NCBI GenBank assembly: GCA_029838195.1
Contig: JALGVJ010000011.1
Coordinates: forward strand, 32,001 to 96,000
Length of the DNA stretch: 64,000 bases
Source: Promethearchaeota archaeon
GTDB lineage: Archaea; Asgardarchaeota; Lokiarchaeia; Sigyniarchaeales; SOKP01
Direction: 5' to 3'
A model generated the notes under the pieces. The model was not told where the DNA came from and made no database searches. It saw nothing but the letters and a program-made list of their open reading frames with translations. Shown in pieces: positions 35,137 through 45,139 of this stretch (position 1 is the first letter of the stretch; every line of letters starts with the position of its first letter). The position numbers and the translations under genes were made by a program.

Positions 35137-36459
35137 ATGAAAATAAATTTTAAAGAATTTTTCATAGTCCATTTAAACTGGTTTAAATTACAATTAAAAA
35201 TAATTTTTGCATCTCTTCTCTTAGGAGTAGTGTGCGGCTTCGTAATGGTGGGATTTACATTTTTATATAATTTTTTCAAATTTGGATTTTCCTTTTTACC
35301 TTACTTTACAACTCCCATGATAGCAGGAATCTTAACGGGCATGTTAGTAAAATATGGAAAAATGGAACAAGTTTTAGGTACGGGAGTATCGAGATTTGTT
35401 AGAGATGCGAATTTTATTGATTTTTACCACTTACTTGACAAGCAAGAATGGAAACAAAGAATTAAAAATACAATAGGCAAGACATGTGCAACATCTTGGA
35501 CATATGGCTCGGGCATGTTATGCGGATTAGAAGGGCCCGGGCTTTTTATAGGTTCTAGCGTTGGATTCATATTTGCCAAATTTAAAAAATTAGGAATTAC
35601 CATGAAAGATGGCTTTTTCATTGGAGCTAGTGCTTGTACGGGAGCCATCTTGAGAAGTCCGATTAGTGGGGCATTATTTTGTGCTGAATTACCCTACTAT
35701 AATAACATTCGCTATCAATCATTGCTTCCCTCCATTTTTGCGTCTGTTATTGCTTTTTGCATACATGGAATATTTTTTGGCTTTAAACCTTTTATAGAGA
35801 CGACTTTTCTTAATCAAAGTTTCTTAATCGTGAATTTTTTAGATCTTCTTATTTATCTCATGGTTTTTGGAACGATAATGGGGATTTTCGTATTAGTATT
35901 CATGTCTATTTTAAAATTTTATATGAACGCATTAAAAACTAATTTTTCTAATGCATCTAAAATATGGATTCTTCCCATTTTGGGGTCAATTGGCTATAGT
36001 ATTTTATTATTGATTAGCATGCCATTCCTTTCAATTGAAAATCAAGAACTTCTCTTTTATTCGGGATCCCATTTTATTTCTTTTTTAATGTATTTCTATA
36101 GTTCGAATGGAGACATTTGGATAATATATCTAATTTTTTTATCATTGTTTATCTTGGCAATATTTTTATCAATTGGTACTTATAATTCAGCCGGAATTAT
36201 CTCACCCCTCCTCTTATTAGGAGCTCTGTGTGGAGGGCTTTTTGGAGCAGTATTTTATCCAGAATTTATTGAATTATTCATCTTATTAGGGATGTCCGCC
36301 GTATTAGGAGCGGCATTAAATAATCCCATAACTGCGATTTTTATAATAATAGAAATGACATGGGCTCCTTTCTTATTCCTTCCCGCCGGAATTACCACGA
36401 TAATCGCATATATTTTTTCCGGGCCAACCACGATTATTCCAGCTCAGAGAAAAGATTAA
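35137..36459 (+). CDS. ClC-family chloride channel/antiporter
   Basis: GTGV, GLEGP, PISGALFCAE, AGIISP, multiple TM helices. Confidence 0.85.
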   Translation: MKINFKEFFIVHLNWFKLQLKIIFASLLLGVVCGFVMVGFTFLYNFFKFGFSFLPYFTTPMIAGILTGMLVKYGKMEQVLGTGVSRFVRDANFIDFYHLLDKQEWKQRIKNTIGKTCATSWTYGSGMLCGLEGPGLFIGSSVGFIFAKFKKLGITMKDGFFIGASACTGAILRSPISGALFCAELPYYNNIRYQSLLPSIFASVIAFCIHGIFFGFKPFIETTFLNQSFLIVNFLDLLIYLMVFGTIMGIFVLVFMSILKFYMNALKTNFSNASKIWILPILGSIGYSILLLISMPFLSIENQELLFYSGSHFISFLMYFYSSNGDIWIIYLIFLSLFILAIFLSIGTYNSAGIISPLLLLGALCGGLFGAVFYPEFIELFILLGMSAVLGAALNNPITAIFIIIEMTWAPFLFLPAGITTIIAYIFSGPTTIIPAQRKD

Positions 36460-36759
36460 ATAACGAAAGAGAGCAGAAATCTAGTTTAGAATTTTAAATT
36501 TTATCCCCCATGAATTATCAAATTTATTGAATTGAATTTAGAAATAGAAGTGTTTTTCCTAAAAAAAGAGTGTAAACAATAGAATTAGGAAAAAATGATC
36601 AACCACAATATCTTTAAATCTAAAAATTCAAAAGAAATGTTTTTATTTTAAAAATTATCCTATATCGTGTTTTATTTTTAAGTAATTCAATGATTTTTGA
36701 ATTAGGGTTGATTGGCAAATTGGATAAAGTAAAATTACACGGTAAAAAGGTTAAAAACA

Positions 36760-38118
36760 ATGATAAAATTTCATTCTACAAATAGAAATACTAAAGATGT
36801 TGATTTCAAAACCGCCATTTTGCGGGGACAAGCTTTGGATAAAGGGCTTTACATGTTAAATGAAATACCTAAATTGTCCCTCGTAGAAATTCAAGATCTA
36901 AAATCAAAGACAATAACTGAAATCGGATTTGACATTCTCTCTAAGATCATTGGAACGAGCATTCCTGAGAATAAATTAACAGAAATCATAACTGATGCTT
37001 TAAATTTTGAAGTGCCGGTGGAGCAAATCGATGGTAATGATTATATTTGCTACTTAGATCGAGGTCCAACTTGCAGTTTTAAAGATTTTGGGGCGCGCAT
37101 TTTAGCTCGCATGATGGAATATTTCTTAGAACTGGAAAATAGAGACATTATTATCTTAACGGCCACTTCAGGTGATACGGGGGGAGCAGTTGCGCATGCT
37201 TTTCATAAAATGAAAAGGATCAATGTAGTGGTCCTTTATCCACGTGAAGAAATCAGCGAATTGCAGCGAAAACAAATGACCACTTTAGGAAAAAATGTTC
37301 TTGCTATTGGAATCCATGGAAAATTTGATGATTGCCAGCGATTGGTTAAAATGGCATTTGCCGACCCTGATTTAAAACATTTAAACCTTTCTTCAGCAAA
37401 TTCGATTAATTTTGGTCGCTTACTTCCCCAAACCTTGTATTATTTTTGGAGTTATTCAAGAATTACAAATAAAAATAATGAACAGGTTATTTTTTCAGTA
37501 CCCTCAGGAAATTTTGGAAACTTAATGGGAGGTTTAATTGCTCACGAAATGGGGCTACCTGTTAAAAAATTTATTGCGGCCGTAAATGAAAACAATGAGT
37601 TTCCAAGATTTTTAGAAACAGGTATTTATGAAAAAGTAGAACCCTCTAAAAATTGCATTTCTAATGCCATGAACGTGGGGCATCCCTCCAATTTGGCAAG
37701 AGTTATCGATCTGTATGGTGGAGAAATAGATGAATTGGGAAATATCAAAAACATGCCGGACATGGAAAAGTTAAGACGGGAGATTATATCATATTCTATA
37801 TCAGATGAATTAACTAAAGAAACAATAAAGAATTTTTACATTAAATATGAGAAAATCCTCGAACCACATGGTGCTGTTGGTTGGGCTGCTTTGAGAAAAT
37901 ATCGTCATACTAATCCTCAAGATAATATTTATAAAGCTGTATCTTTTGAAACCGCAGATCCTGCCAAATTTCCGGAGGAAATCATTTCACTTATCAAAAT
38001 ATATCCTAAAATGCCGATATCATTGAAATCGATTCAGGAAAAGGAAGAACACATCGTTTCAGAAAAAATCTCCTCTTATGAAGATTTTAAGAAATTTCTT
38101 AAAAAAAATTATTCATGA
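36760..38118 (+). CDS. thrC: Threonine synthase
   Basis: GPTCSFKDFG, ATSGDTG, SANSINFGR, PSGNFGN, SNAMNVG.PSN. Confidence 0.93.
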   Translation: MIKFHSTNRNTKDVDFKTAILRGQALDKGLYMLNEIPKLSLVEIQDLKSKTITEIGFDILSKIIGTSIPENKLTEIITDALNFEVPVEQIDGNDYICYLDRGPTCSFKDFGARILARMMEYFLELENRDIIILTATSGDTGGAVAHAFHKMKRINVVVLYPREEISELQRKQMTTLGKNVLAIGIHGKFDDCQRLVKMAFADPDLKHLNLSSANSINFGRLLPQTLYYFWSYSRITNKNNEQVIFSVPSGNFGNLMGGLIAHEMGLPVKKFIAAVNENNEFPRFLETGIYEKVEPSKNCISNAMNVGHPSNLARVIDLYGGEIDELGNIKNMPDMEKLRREIISYSISDELTKETIKNFYIKYEKILEPHGAVGWAALRKYRHTNPQDNIYKAVSFETADPAKFPEEIISLIKIYPKMPISLKSIQEKEEHIVSEKISSYEDFKKFLKKNYS

Positions 38119-38138
38119 AACTTGATAAATAAGCTTTT

Positions 38139-39059
38139 TCAACGTTCGATGATCTTCTTTAATTGAACCTTAAACTCTTCGATATACGAATCATTTATTT
38201 GCTCATTATCATTTTTAAGTAGAATCAAGTAATAAATCATATCCAATCCGTCAAAATGGAGTTGTTTAAAAATGAAAAACCTTCCATTATATTCAATAAT
38301 CATATCTTTAGCAGGTTCGGAAAACTTTTCTTCAGAAGATACGAAAGAATCATTTAAAAATAATAAATAAGCCATTGACTTATAAAGAATGTTTTTAATT
38401 TCTTCAGAAACGTGAAATTCCGCCACGATTAAAGAGTTATCATCTAATAAGATGGCCCCTTGCGCATTCATGGCGATAGACAATTTTTCGATTTGTTCAT
38501 TTATTAATCCAGATTTTGGATGGAGTTCTAAAAAGATCTCAGACATCACTCGAATTAAATGTTCAAAATCATAAATTGAGGTTTTATAATAATGAATTTT
38601 GTCATAACGTGTTTCTTCAATAATTTTTGATTTAATATAATTGCATCTCTTTTCAAACTCTTTCTCATGGATCTCTTTCAATTGAGGGTCATATTTATGA
38701 AAAAAAATGTAAATAATCGGGTGTAAATTTAAAGCCGTGTATTTTAATAAAATCTCTTTAAAATAAGCAAGAGATTCCGGAATTCTCTCTTCATTCTGAA
38801 TATCGATGGTATATATACATATCGCTGTATTATCAAGAAACTTATCAGGATTATTTAAATAGGTGATACGAAAGGACGTTTGTCCTCCTAAGTCATGTTC
38901 AATTATTTTTTCTCCGAAAAATGAGAAGATCCTTCTCTCAATCCCTCTTGTAGGTCTGAGATAGGCAATCTTAGATAATTCTCTTTTAAGTACTAAAATA
39001 ATGGACGTCTTTCCTGCATCATCTAATCCCATGAATACGATTTTTTTCAATGGATACAC
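38139..39059 (-). CDS. Arf/Rag-like small GTPase with a C-terminal roadblock/longin-like domain
   Basis: GLDDAGKTS, PTRG, DLGGQ, HKYD, TSI; C-domain GAILLDDNSLIV. Confidence 0.85.
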   Translation of the reverse strand: MYPLKKIVFMGLDDAGKTSIILVLKRELSKIAYLRPTRGIERRIFSFFGEKIIEHDLGGQTSFRITYLNNPDKFLDNTAICIYTIDIQNEERIPESLAYFKEILLKYTALNLHPIIYIFFHKYDPQLKEIHEKEFEKRCNYIKSKIIEETRYDKIHYYKTSIYDFEHLIRVMSEIFLELHPKSGLINEQIEKLSIAMNAQGAILLDDNSLIVAEFHVSEEIKNILYKSMAYLLFLNDSFVSSEEKFSEPAKDMIIEYNGRFFIFKQLHFDGLDMIYYLILLKNDNEQINDSYIEEFKVQLKKIIER

Positions 39060-39492
39060 GCCACTTTTTAAAATTTTTTTAAAAAAGAAATCAAATTATA
39101 TCCTCAATCTTAAATTAAAAATGCGATTATTTATTTTTATTTTTTTAATTTTGATTTATTACATGCTTCATTAAATTAACATCCTTACTTTTTTACTTCA
39201 GTTTTTTAGCATTTTAATTAACATGAAATTTAATTATTTTTAAAATTAAATTAAAAAAACATGTATTTGCCCAAGATTTTAATTAATCAAAGTAGCTTGT
39301 ATAAATTTAAATAGAACTCATTATTACTTCTTCTGTAAAAATTCTAAGTGTTGAAAATTTTACAGCTATAAATTATTAATTATCAGAAAAATTATTTTTA
39401 AATCATTTTCATGATTCTACTTGTGTCTTGAATTATTCCATCAAAAAACTCATGATACTATAAAATTCCCCGATAACATGAATATATGAGAA

Positions 39493-40725
39493 ATGCGGAT
39501 TAAAAAAAATGGTATAAAGAGTTGCAAGGATATTTTCGTTCTTTTTTTGATATTCAGTCCAATCCTATTATTTTTTGGGTTCATGTTCATTTATCAACGT
39601 TCCTTCCCCGATGAAAAGAAGCCATTTGTTCAATTTTCCGGTAAAAATCCCAATGTTGAAGCGATAATTACTTGGGAAACCACTACTGATGGAAATTCCA
39701 TTGTATGGTATGGAATTTCAAGAGATTCTCTCAATTGGAAAAAAGTCTCTGATGAGAAGGTTTTCATTCATCGAGTTCTTCTTACTGGCTTAAAACCGGA
39801 CACTCTCTATTTCTATCGAGTGGGTTCAATAAATGTGGATTCTGGTGAAACCATTTTTCGGAGTTTCATTAATTCCTTTAGAACAGCGCCTCTAGAGAAG
39901 AAAAAATTTCAATTTATAGCTTATTCCGATTCACAACAAATTGTTGGAATTGGTTGGCATGCACGGATTTGTAACGCAATTGCTAAGCATTCTGATATTA
40001 GTTTCGTAGCAGATGTTGGAGATCTCTGCCAAAATTGGGATTACAAACCTGATTGGAATCAATTCTTTTATGAGGCTTCCGTCTACATGAATAAGACTTC
40101 TTTTGTTCCCTGTCTGGGAAACCATGATGGCTATTATCCTGAAGAAGAAGGGGAAGAGAGACTCCATTATTATAAACAATATTTTGGAACCCCTACTGAC
40201 ATGGATAGATTTTATTATAGTTTTGAATGGGGCCATGTTTTATTCGTAATAGGAGAGATCTCCACGACTTCCGATGAAGATCCTTCACAATTAAGGAACA
40301 TGGCTCACGATCTTTGGCTGAATAAAACCCTTGAAAAAGGCCAGGATAAAACTTTCCGGATCTTGATGTTCCATCGACAAGTCTTTAGTGCAGAAAAAAA
40401 TAATGAGCAACTTATTTCTCGCATCACTCCGATTGTAAAAAAATATAATGTATCATTAGTTTTATATGGTCATCATCATCATTATGAAAGATTTTTACAT
40501 GAAGGACATACCTATGTATGCTTGGGAGGAGGGGGTGGACAACAATTTGGTTCGAATTGTTTTCGTCCCACGGAATTCACGAAAGCGTTTGCCATGGGGC
40601 CTTCCTATACTAAAATATCCATATCATTAGAAAAAATAAACGTTATTACCTATTCTGCTGAAAATGAGATAATTGATAATTGTACTTTAATTTTAACGCA
40701 AAATAATACCCTCTTGCTTGAATGA
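39493..40725 (+). CDS. Membrane-anchored purple acid phosphatase-family metallophosphoesterase with an FN3-like domain
   Basis: LTGLKPDTLYFYRV, SDSQ, GDL, GNHD, GHHHHYER. Confidence 0.88.
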   Translation: MRIKKNGIKSCKDIFVLFLIFSPILLFFGFMFIYQRSFPDEKKPFVQFSGKNPNVEAIITWETTTDGNSIVWYGISRDSLNWKKVSDEKVFIHRVLLTGLKPDTLYFYRVGSINVDSGETIFRSFINSFRTAPLEKKKFQFIAYSDSQQIVGIGWHARICNAIAKHSDISFVADVGDLCQNWDYKPDWNQFFYEASVYMNKTSFVPCLGNHDGYYPEEEGEERLHYYKQYFGTPTDMDRFYYSFEWGHVLFVIGEISTTSDEDPSQLRNMAHDLWLNKTLEKGQDKTFRILMFHRQVFSAEKNNEQLISRITPIVKKYNVSLVLYGHHHHYERFLHEGHTYVCLGGGGGQQFGSNCFRPTEFTKAFAMGPSYTKISISLEKINVITYSAENEIIDNCTLILTQNNTLLLE

Positions 40726-40767
40726 ATAAAAAAAAGATATAGACAATTAATAAAATTAAGAACGCTC

Positions 40768-41454
40768 ATGTTTTGGATTCCAAATATCACAACTCTCGTG
40801 CTGGCTTGGCTAATTCAATGTATCATCCTCTCAAGATTCATTTTAACTCGTCATTTTACATGGATTAATCAAAATACTAAGCATTGGTTAATAAAAGGTG
40901 GTAAAATCTTCTTTCAATTGACATTAGCCAATTTTTCATTGATATTATTAGATACGAGCGTGAAATTAATAATTCTTTTAATAAGATACGATACTCCTCT
41001 TGCCCCTCATCTTTCTTCGATTATATTAACATGCTTCTTAGCAATAGAACTCTTAACCCTTATTCTTGTATTAACCCCTAATTTGAAAAAGATAATTATT
41101 TTTAGTGTCATGCTAATAGTTTTCCTCATGGTATTCGAATTCTATTTGAATGTCGCCAATTTAGACGAATTAAATGTTTTCGGCTCTAAATATTCTCCCA
41201 TGCTATTTGGAATGGGAGTTCCCCTCATGTTTGGGATAATGACCTCCATCTTTTTTACCTTGACAAGGATATTTTTTAAAAATTGCCAAAATTTACTCGC
41301 AAGATTAACTACTCCATTTTGGAACAAAACCGAAAAGATGAATAAAATCTGGAAAGAAAAGCCCCAATTTATCATTTGGATTTTATTATCAGGAGAAGTA
41401 ATCTTAAATCTTCAAGGCCTCTCTTTACTATCATGGATTGCATTCCTCATTTAA
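40768..41454 (+). CDS. Multi-pass membrane protein
   Basis: About 6 hydrophobic segments. Confidence 0.7.
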   Translation: MFWIPNITTLVLAWLIQCIILSRFILTRHFTWINQNTKHWLIKGGKIFFQLTLANFSLILLDTSVKLIILLIRYDTPLAPHLSSIILTCFLAIELLTLILVLTPNLKKIIIFSVMLIVFLMVFEFYLNVANLDELNVFGSKYSPMLFGMGVPLMFGIMTSIFFTLTRIFFKNCQNLLARLTTPFWNKTEKMNKIWKEKPQFIIWILLSGEVILNLQGLSLLSWIAFLI

Positions 41455-41757
41455 AAGATCTTGCTCTTTTAATTAAGATTAACGCATGATGATTTTTCAT
41501 CCATGTAAAAAGAAGAAAATAACTCAACATGGAAGTATGTTTATTTCACGAGTAATTTATATGCATTTCGCATGTTGTTCGTTGAATCCAACCATTAATT
41601 GTAAACAAGAATGGAATAAAGAAGATTTTTCATTTCAATCGAATTTTCAATCTCTTTAAAGCGAAGTAAATTTTTAATTATATAAAAATAGATGAAAGAT
41701 AAATTTAAGTAAGCTTAATTTTATAATTAATGAAATATTTAAAACTTAGAAATAATA

Positions 41758-42717
41758 ATGAGCATCCCTCATCTTGGTGTGAAAAAAAAAGAGGCTGAGG
41801 AATCCGAGAAGATTCTATTCACGGGTTTAGATAATGCCGGGAAAACAACAATCATTTATGCATTACAACGCGAATTTTCGAAAATAGCTCTTTTAAAACC
41901 TACAAGAGGCGCGCAGAGACGCATTTTTGATTTTTTAGGTAAAGAGATTGGTGAATGGGACCTTGGAGGACAATTAAAATACCGTATTAGTTATTTAAAG
42001 AATCCAAGCAAGTATTTTGATAAAACTTCAATTTGTATATATGTCATAGATATCTTGGCAAAATCACGCTATAGAGAATCCATCGATTATTTAAAAGATG
42101 TCATTAAAAAATTCGAAGAATTTAAAATTTCGCCTCCTGTATATATTTTACTTCATAAATATGATCCTGCCCTAGTGAAATCCGCCGCAAATAAGATGAA
42201 AACGTTAGAGCAAGACATTAAAACGATGGTTAAAAAAGACATTAATTATGACAAGATCTTTTTTTATAATACCACGATATTTGACTTACCCCATATTATT
42301 CACGTGATGTCAGAAATTTACTTGAATTTATATCCTAAATCTGAATTAATAGATAAGCTTATTAAGGATTTTGCCATTAAAGTGTTAGCAAATGGAGTGG
42401 AAATCATTGACAACAATTCCTTAATTATTGGTTCGTATTATGATAATGAGGAAACAAAGAGCTTAACCTCTCGTTCTAACCCTTATTTTCTAACTTTAAA
42501 TGAATCTTTTAAAAAAGGAGAAGGAAGGGGAATGAGTACTGAAATGAGAAACCATATTTTAGTCCAACGATTTCAAAAATATTTCATTTTCAAGGAAATA
42601 TCTCTTGGTTCGGAAACGCCCCCCTATTATCTGTTAATTTTGAAAAACAATCCTAATTTTAACATTGAGGATTTTGAATCGCTCGCTAATTTATTAAAAG
42701 AGATATTATACAAGTGA
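41758..42717 (+). CDS. Arf/Rag-like small GTPase with a C-terminal roadblock/longin-like domain (paralog of 38139)
   Basis: GLDNAGKTT, PTRG, WDLGGQ, HKYD; strong similarity to 38139. Confidence 0.85.
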   Translation: MSIPHLGVKKKEAEESEKILFTGLDNAGKTTIIYALQREFSKIALLKPTRGAQRRIFDFLGKEIGEWDLGGQLKYRISYLKNPSKYFDKTSICIYVIDILAKSRYRESIDYLKDVIKKFEEFKISPPVYILLHKYDPALVKSAANKMKTLEQDIKTMVKKDINYDKIFFYNTTIFDLPHIIHVMSEIYLNLYPKSELIDKLIKDFAIKVLANGVEIIDNNSLIIGSYYDNEETKSLTSRSNPYFLTLNESFKKGEGRGMSTEMRNHILVQRFQKYFIFKEISLGSETPPYYLLILKNNPNFNIEDFESLANLLKEILYK

Positions 42718-42928
42718 GTAGTTTCCATTCCCTATTAATCCCTTACGTTCAGTGTAAGAGGTGATGCCATGCCATGGATTACCATTGAACTCAATTAAAA
42801 AAAATTAAAATAAATTTATATTTCTAATATTTTATCTTTTATTTAGAGATAAGGATAATCATTTGATAATTTTATAATTTTTATAACGCTTTTTTTTTTT
42901 AAAAAAGAAGAAATAAGGTAAGGAATAC

Positions 42929-44119
42929 ATGCGAATTTGCCCTAATTGCGGTGCAACGAATTCTGAAATGAATGGCAACACGTGTAGGAAATGTGGAGCA
43001 CTCCTTCCCGTATCGTTTCAACCTCCTCGCTTGAAAATTAATTTAGGGAAAAAAAAAGAACCCGCAACCCTTTTACCAGAAAATAACTTTAATGAGCAGG
43101 GAGAAAATCAAGAATTAACTCCAGGAACCCAACCCATTCCGGGAGAATTAAAATTTTTTGCCGGTATACAAAAAACCAAGGCACCTACTGAACAAGTTAA
43201 CTTAGATTTAAGTCCCATCCCTCAAGAATCCAACAATAATAAAAATGAAATGGAGGTTTTTAAAGAAGAGATTTCTAATGAATCCTTTCAGTCCGAAGAA
43301 CGGAAGCCTCCTCCAGAAGAGGGGCTATCTCAAGATAAAAACTATTTAAAAGAAGTCTCACCTCCTCCTTTTGAAGGATCGTTAATCATTAAAAAGGGAA
43401 TTTTTAGACCCCTTGCTACTAAAATTAATAGAGAGGATGAAAGTAAATTAAAAGAAGATTTGCCCAAAATTGCCGAAGGGCTCTCAGAAGAAGTGCCTAA
43501 AATCATTATCCCGAATATAAAAACCCCGCCTAGCGAAAATAAGCCAATAGAAAGAATTCAACCACCAAATGCATCCGAAAACTTCTCCGAAGAGTTAATA
43601 AAAGATATGAGATCCCTCCTTTCAAATCTATCAGAAAAACTAAAGGTACCGGAAGATAAACGGAAAGAAGAAATCCGAAATCAGCAAAAAGTAACTGCTA
43701 AGAAAATAATTCCTCCTCAAAACATGAATGATATTTTAAAAAAATTATTATCTTTGGATTTACAGATTGAAGCAGCGGCAATAATTAAAACTGATGGAAC
43801 TATTTTAGCATCCGCTATTTCTTCCATGATTTCCGATGAGATCTTCATTACAATCAGCAAGAATTTAACTGATATTGGTAATGATATAATCAATTGGTTA
43901 AACGCGGGTCCTTTAGAAATGGTTTCCATCAAAGGGAAACAAGGGATTTTAGACTTGGCACTTCTCGAAGAAAACATACCGGAGCTTCGAGATTTGATTT
44001 TAATTATCTTTTCTCATCCAAAAGCAAAAAGAGGCGTGATTAGTTTAGCTATTAATATCGTTAAGAAGCAAGTATTCGAATATTTAGGAATTATAAAAAA
44101 AAATTCTCAAAATAATTGA
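42929..44119 (+). CDS. Zn-ribbon + P/E-rich linker + roadblock/LC7 domain protein
   Basis: CPNCG...CRKCG; IEAAAIIKTDGTILAS. Confidence 0.75.
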   Translation: MRICPNCGATNSEMNGNTCRKCGALLPVSFQPPRLKINLGKKKEPATLLPENNFNEQGENQELTPGTQPIPGELKFFAGIQKTKAPTEQVNLDLSPIPQESNNNKNEMEVFKEEISNESFQSEERKPPPEEGLSQDKNYLKEVSPPPFEGSLIIKKGIFRPLATKINREDESKLKEDLPKIAEGLSEEVPKIIIPNIKTPPSENKPIERIQPPNASENFSEELIKDMRSLLSNLSEKLKVPEDKRKEEIRNQQKVTAKKIIPPQNMNDILKKLLSLDLQIEAAAIIKTDGTILASAISSMISDEIFITISKNLTDIGNDIINWLNAGPLEMVSIKGKQGILDLALLEENIPELRDLILIIFSHPKAKRGVISLAINIVKKQVFEYLGIIKKNSQNN

Positions 44120-44895
44120 GCCTGATAAGATAACCTATTAACCTTAACCTTGCAGAAATGAGGAAGATTAAGATAAAATTCTTGGAGAAAAGCATTGAAT
44201 TGATAAATAGATACTAATGGAATGTTTTGTTCATTAAATCGTGAAGTATTATCTTCTAATGTAACCATGATTGGTACCAAGAAAAATGGCAATCTCAGTC
44301 TTTTCATTTTCGACATGCCAATTAAACCTTGAAGCATTGCCGATAAAATATTTGGATTATGTTGTAGAGCAAGAATTCTTTGGAATTGTAAATTTGCCGC
44401 CTTATTTATTGAAGCATATGAATCCTTTTTTCGCCATTGCTTTGCATCAATGCATAGCATGTATTTATTGTTAAATCCAATGACATCTATCTCGTATTTC
44501 TTTTGTTTCGTTTTATTTTTGAAATTAGATTTATCAGAAAAATGAAAATTTCTTAAAGAATAATACCCATTCCTTTTTAAGATTTCTTGGATTAATACTT
44601 CAAATCCATGACAATCTAATAATTCAGAGAGAACTTGCAAATCTTTTCTTAAAAACTCCATTGCTTCTAAAATAAACGCAATTTTATCTATCGAGATGTA
44701 GTTCCACCTTTCTTTTCTAATAAACGGAATTTGCCTCAAAAATTGATCTCGTTGATATTCATCAAATTGCTTTAAAAATTCGATCTCTGAACAACTAATC
44801 CAAGGATTTCTTAATTCTACATCGGATTTAGAGAGAAACCAAAAGATTTCTAAAAAGAAATCCTTGAGATCAAGACGAGAAGGAAAAAATTTCAT
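44107..44895 (-). CDS. PD-(D/E)XK restriction-endonuclease-like (Mrr-cat) protein
   Basis: GFEVLI..IL...GY, EIDVIG, IDAKQW. Confidence 0.75.
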   Translation of the reverse strand: MKFFPSRLDLKDFFLEIFWFLSKSDVELRNPWISCSEIEFLKQFDEYQRDQFLRQIPFIRKERWNYISIDKIAFILEAMEFLRKDLQVLSELLDCHGFEVLIQEILKRNGYYSLRNFHFSDKSNFKNKTKQKKYEIDVIGFNNKYMLCIDAKQWRKKDSYASINKAANLQFQRILALQHNPNILSAMLQGLIGMSKMKRLRLPFFLVPIMVTLEDNTSRFNEQNIPLVSIYQFNAFLQEFYLNLPHFCKVKVNRLSYQAQLF

Positions 44896-45139
44896 GGGAT
44901 ATCTAAGTCATAAATTAATATTTAAATCTTAAGGGCGTGCTTTCCACCTAATTAATATATACAATAATTATATTAAACGTTTTTTTGTTGATAAAAGATT
45001 CTTTTCAAATCACGTGAGCTCGTGTTAATTTTTAATTAAATTTTATAACCTAAGCCATTAATAATATTGTTTATCTTTTTACAAATTATATGATCTTTTA
45101 TAGAGATTAATTGTAATAAAAAAGAAAAGAAGGCGTTTC

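Noticed and set aside
36640-36653. Relaxed T-tract motif matches in the second half (also near 50242, 58680 and 61366)
   Set aside because: They lack the TTTA(A/T)ATA core or sensible spacing to a start and are expected by chance in AT-rich DNA. They show that a formal background test is needed.
42742-42798. Small hairpin, GAGGTGAT and a 9-codon ORF (MPWITIELN) after the GTPase gene
   Set aside because: Too short to support and no promoter evidence
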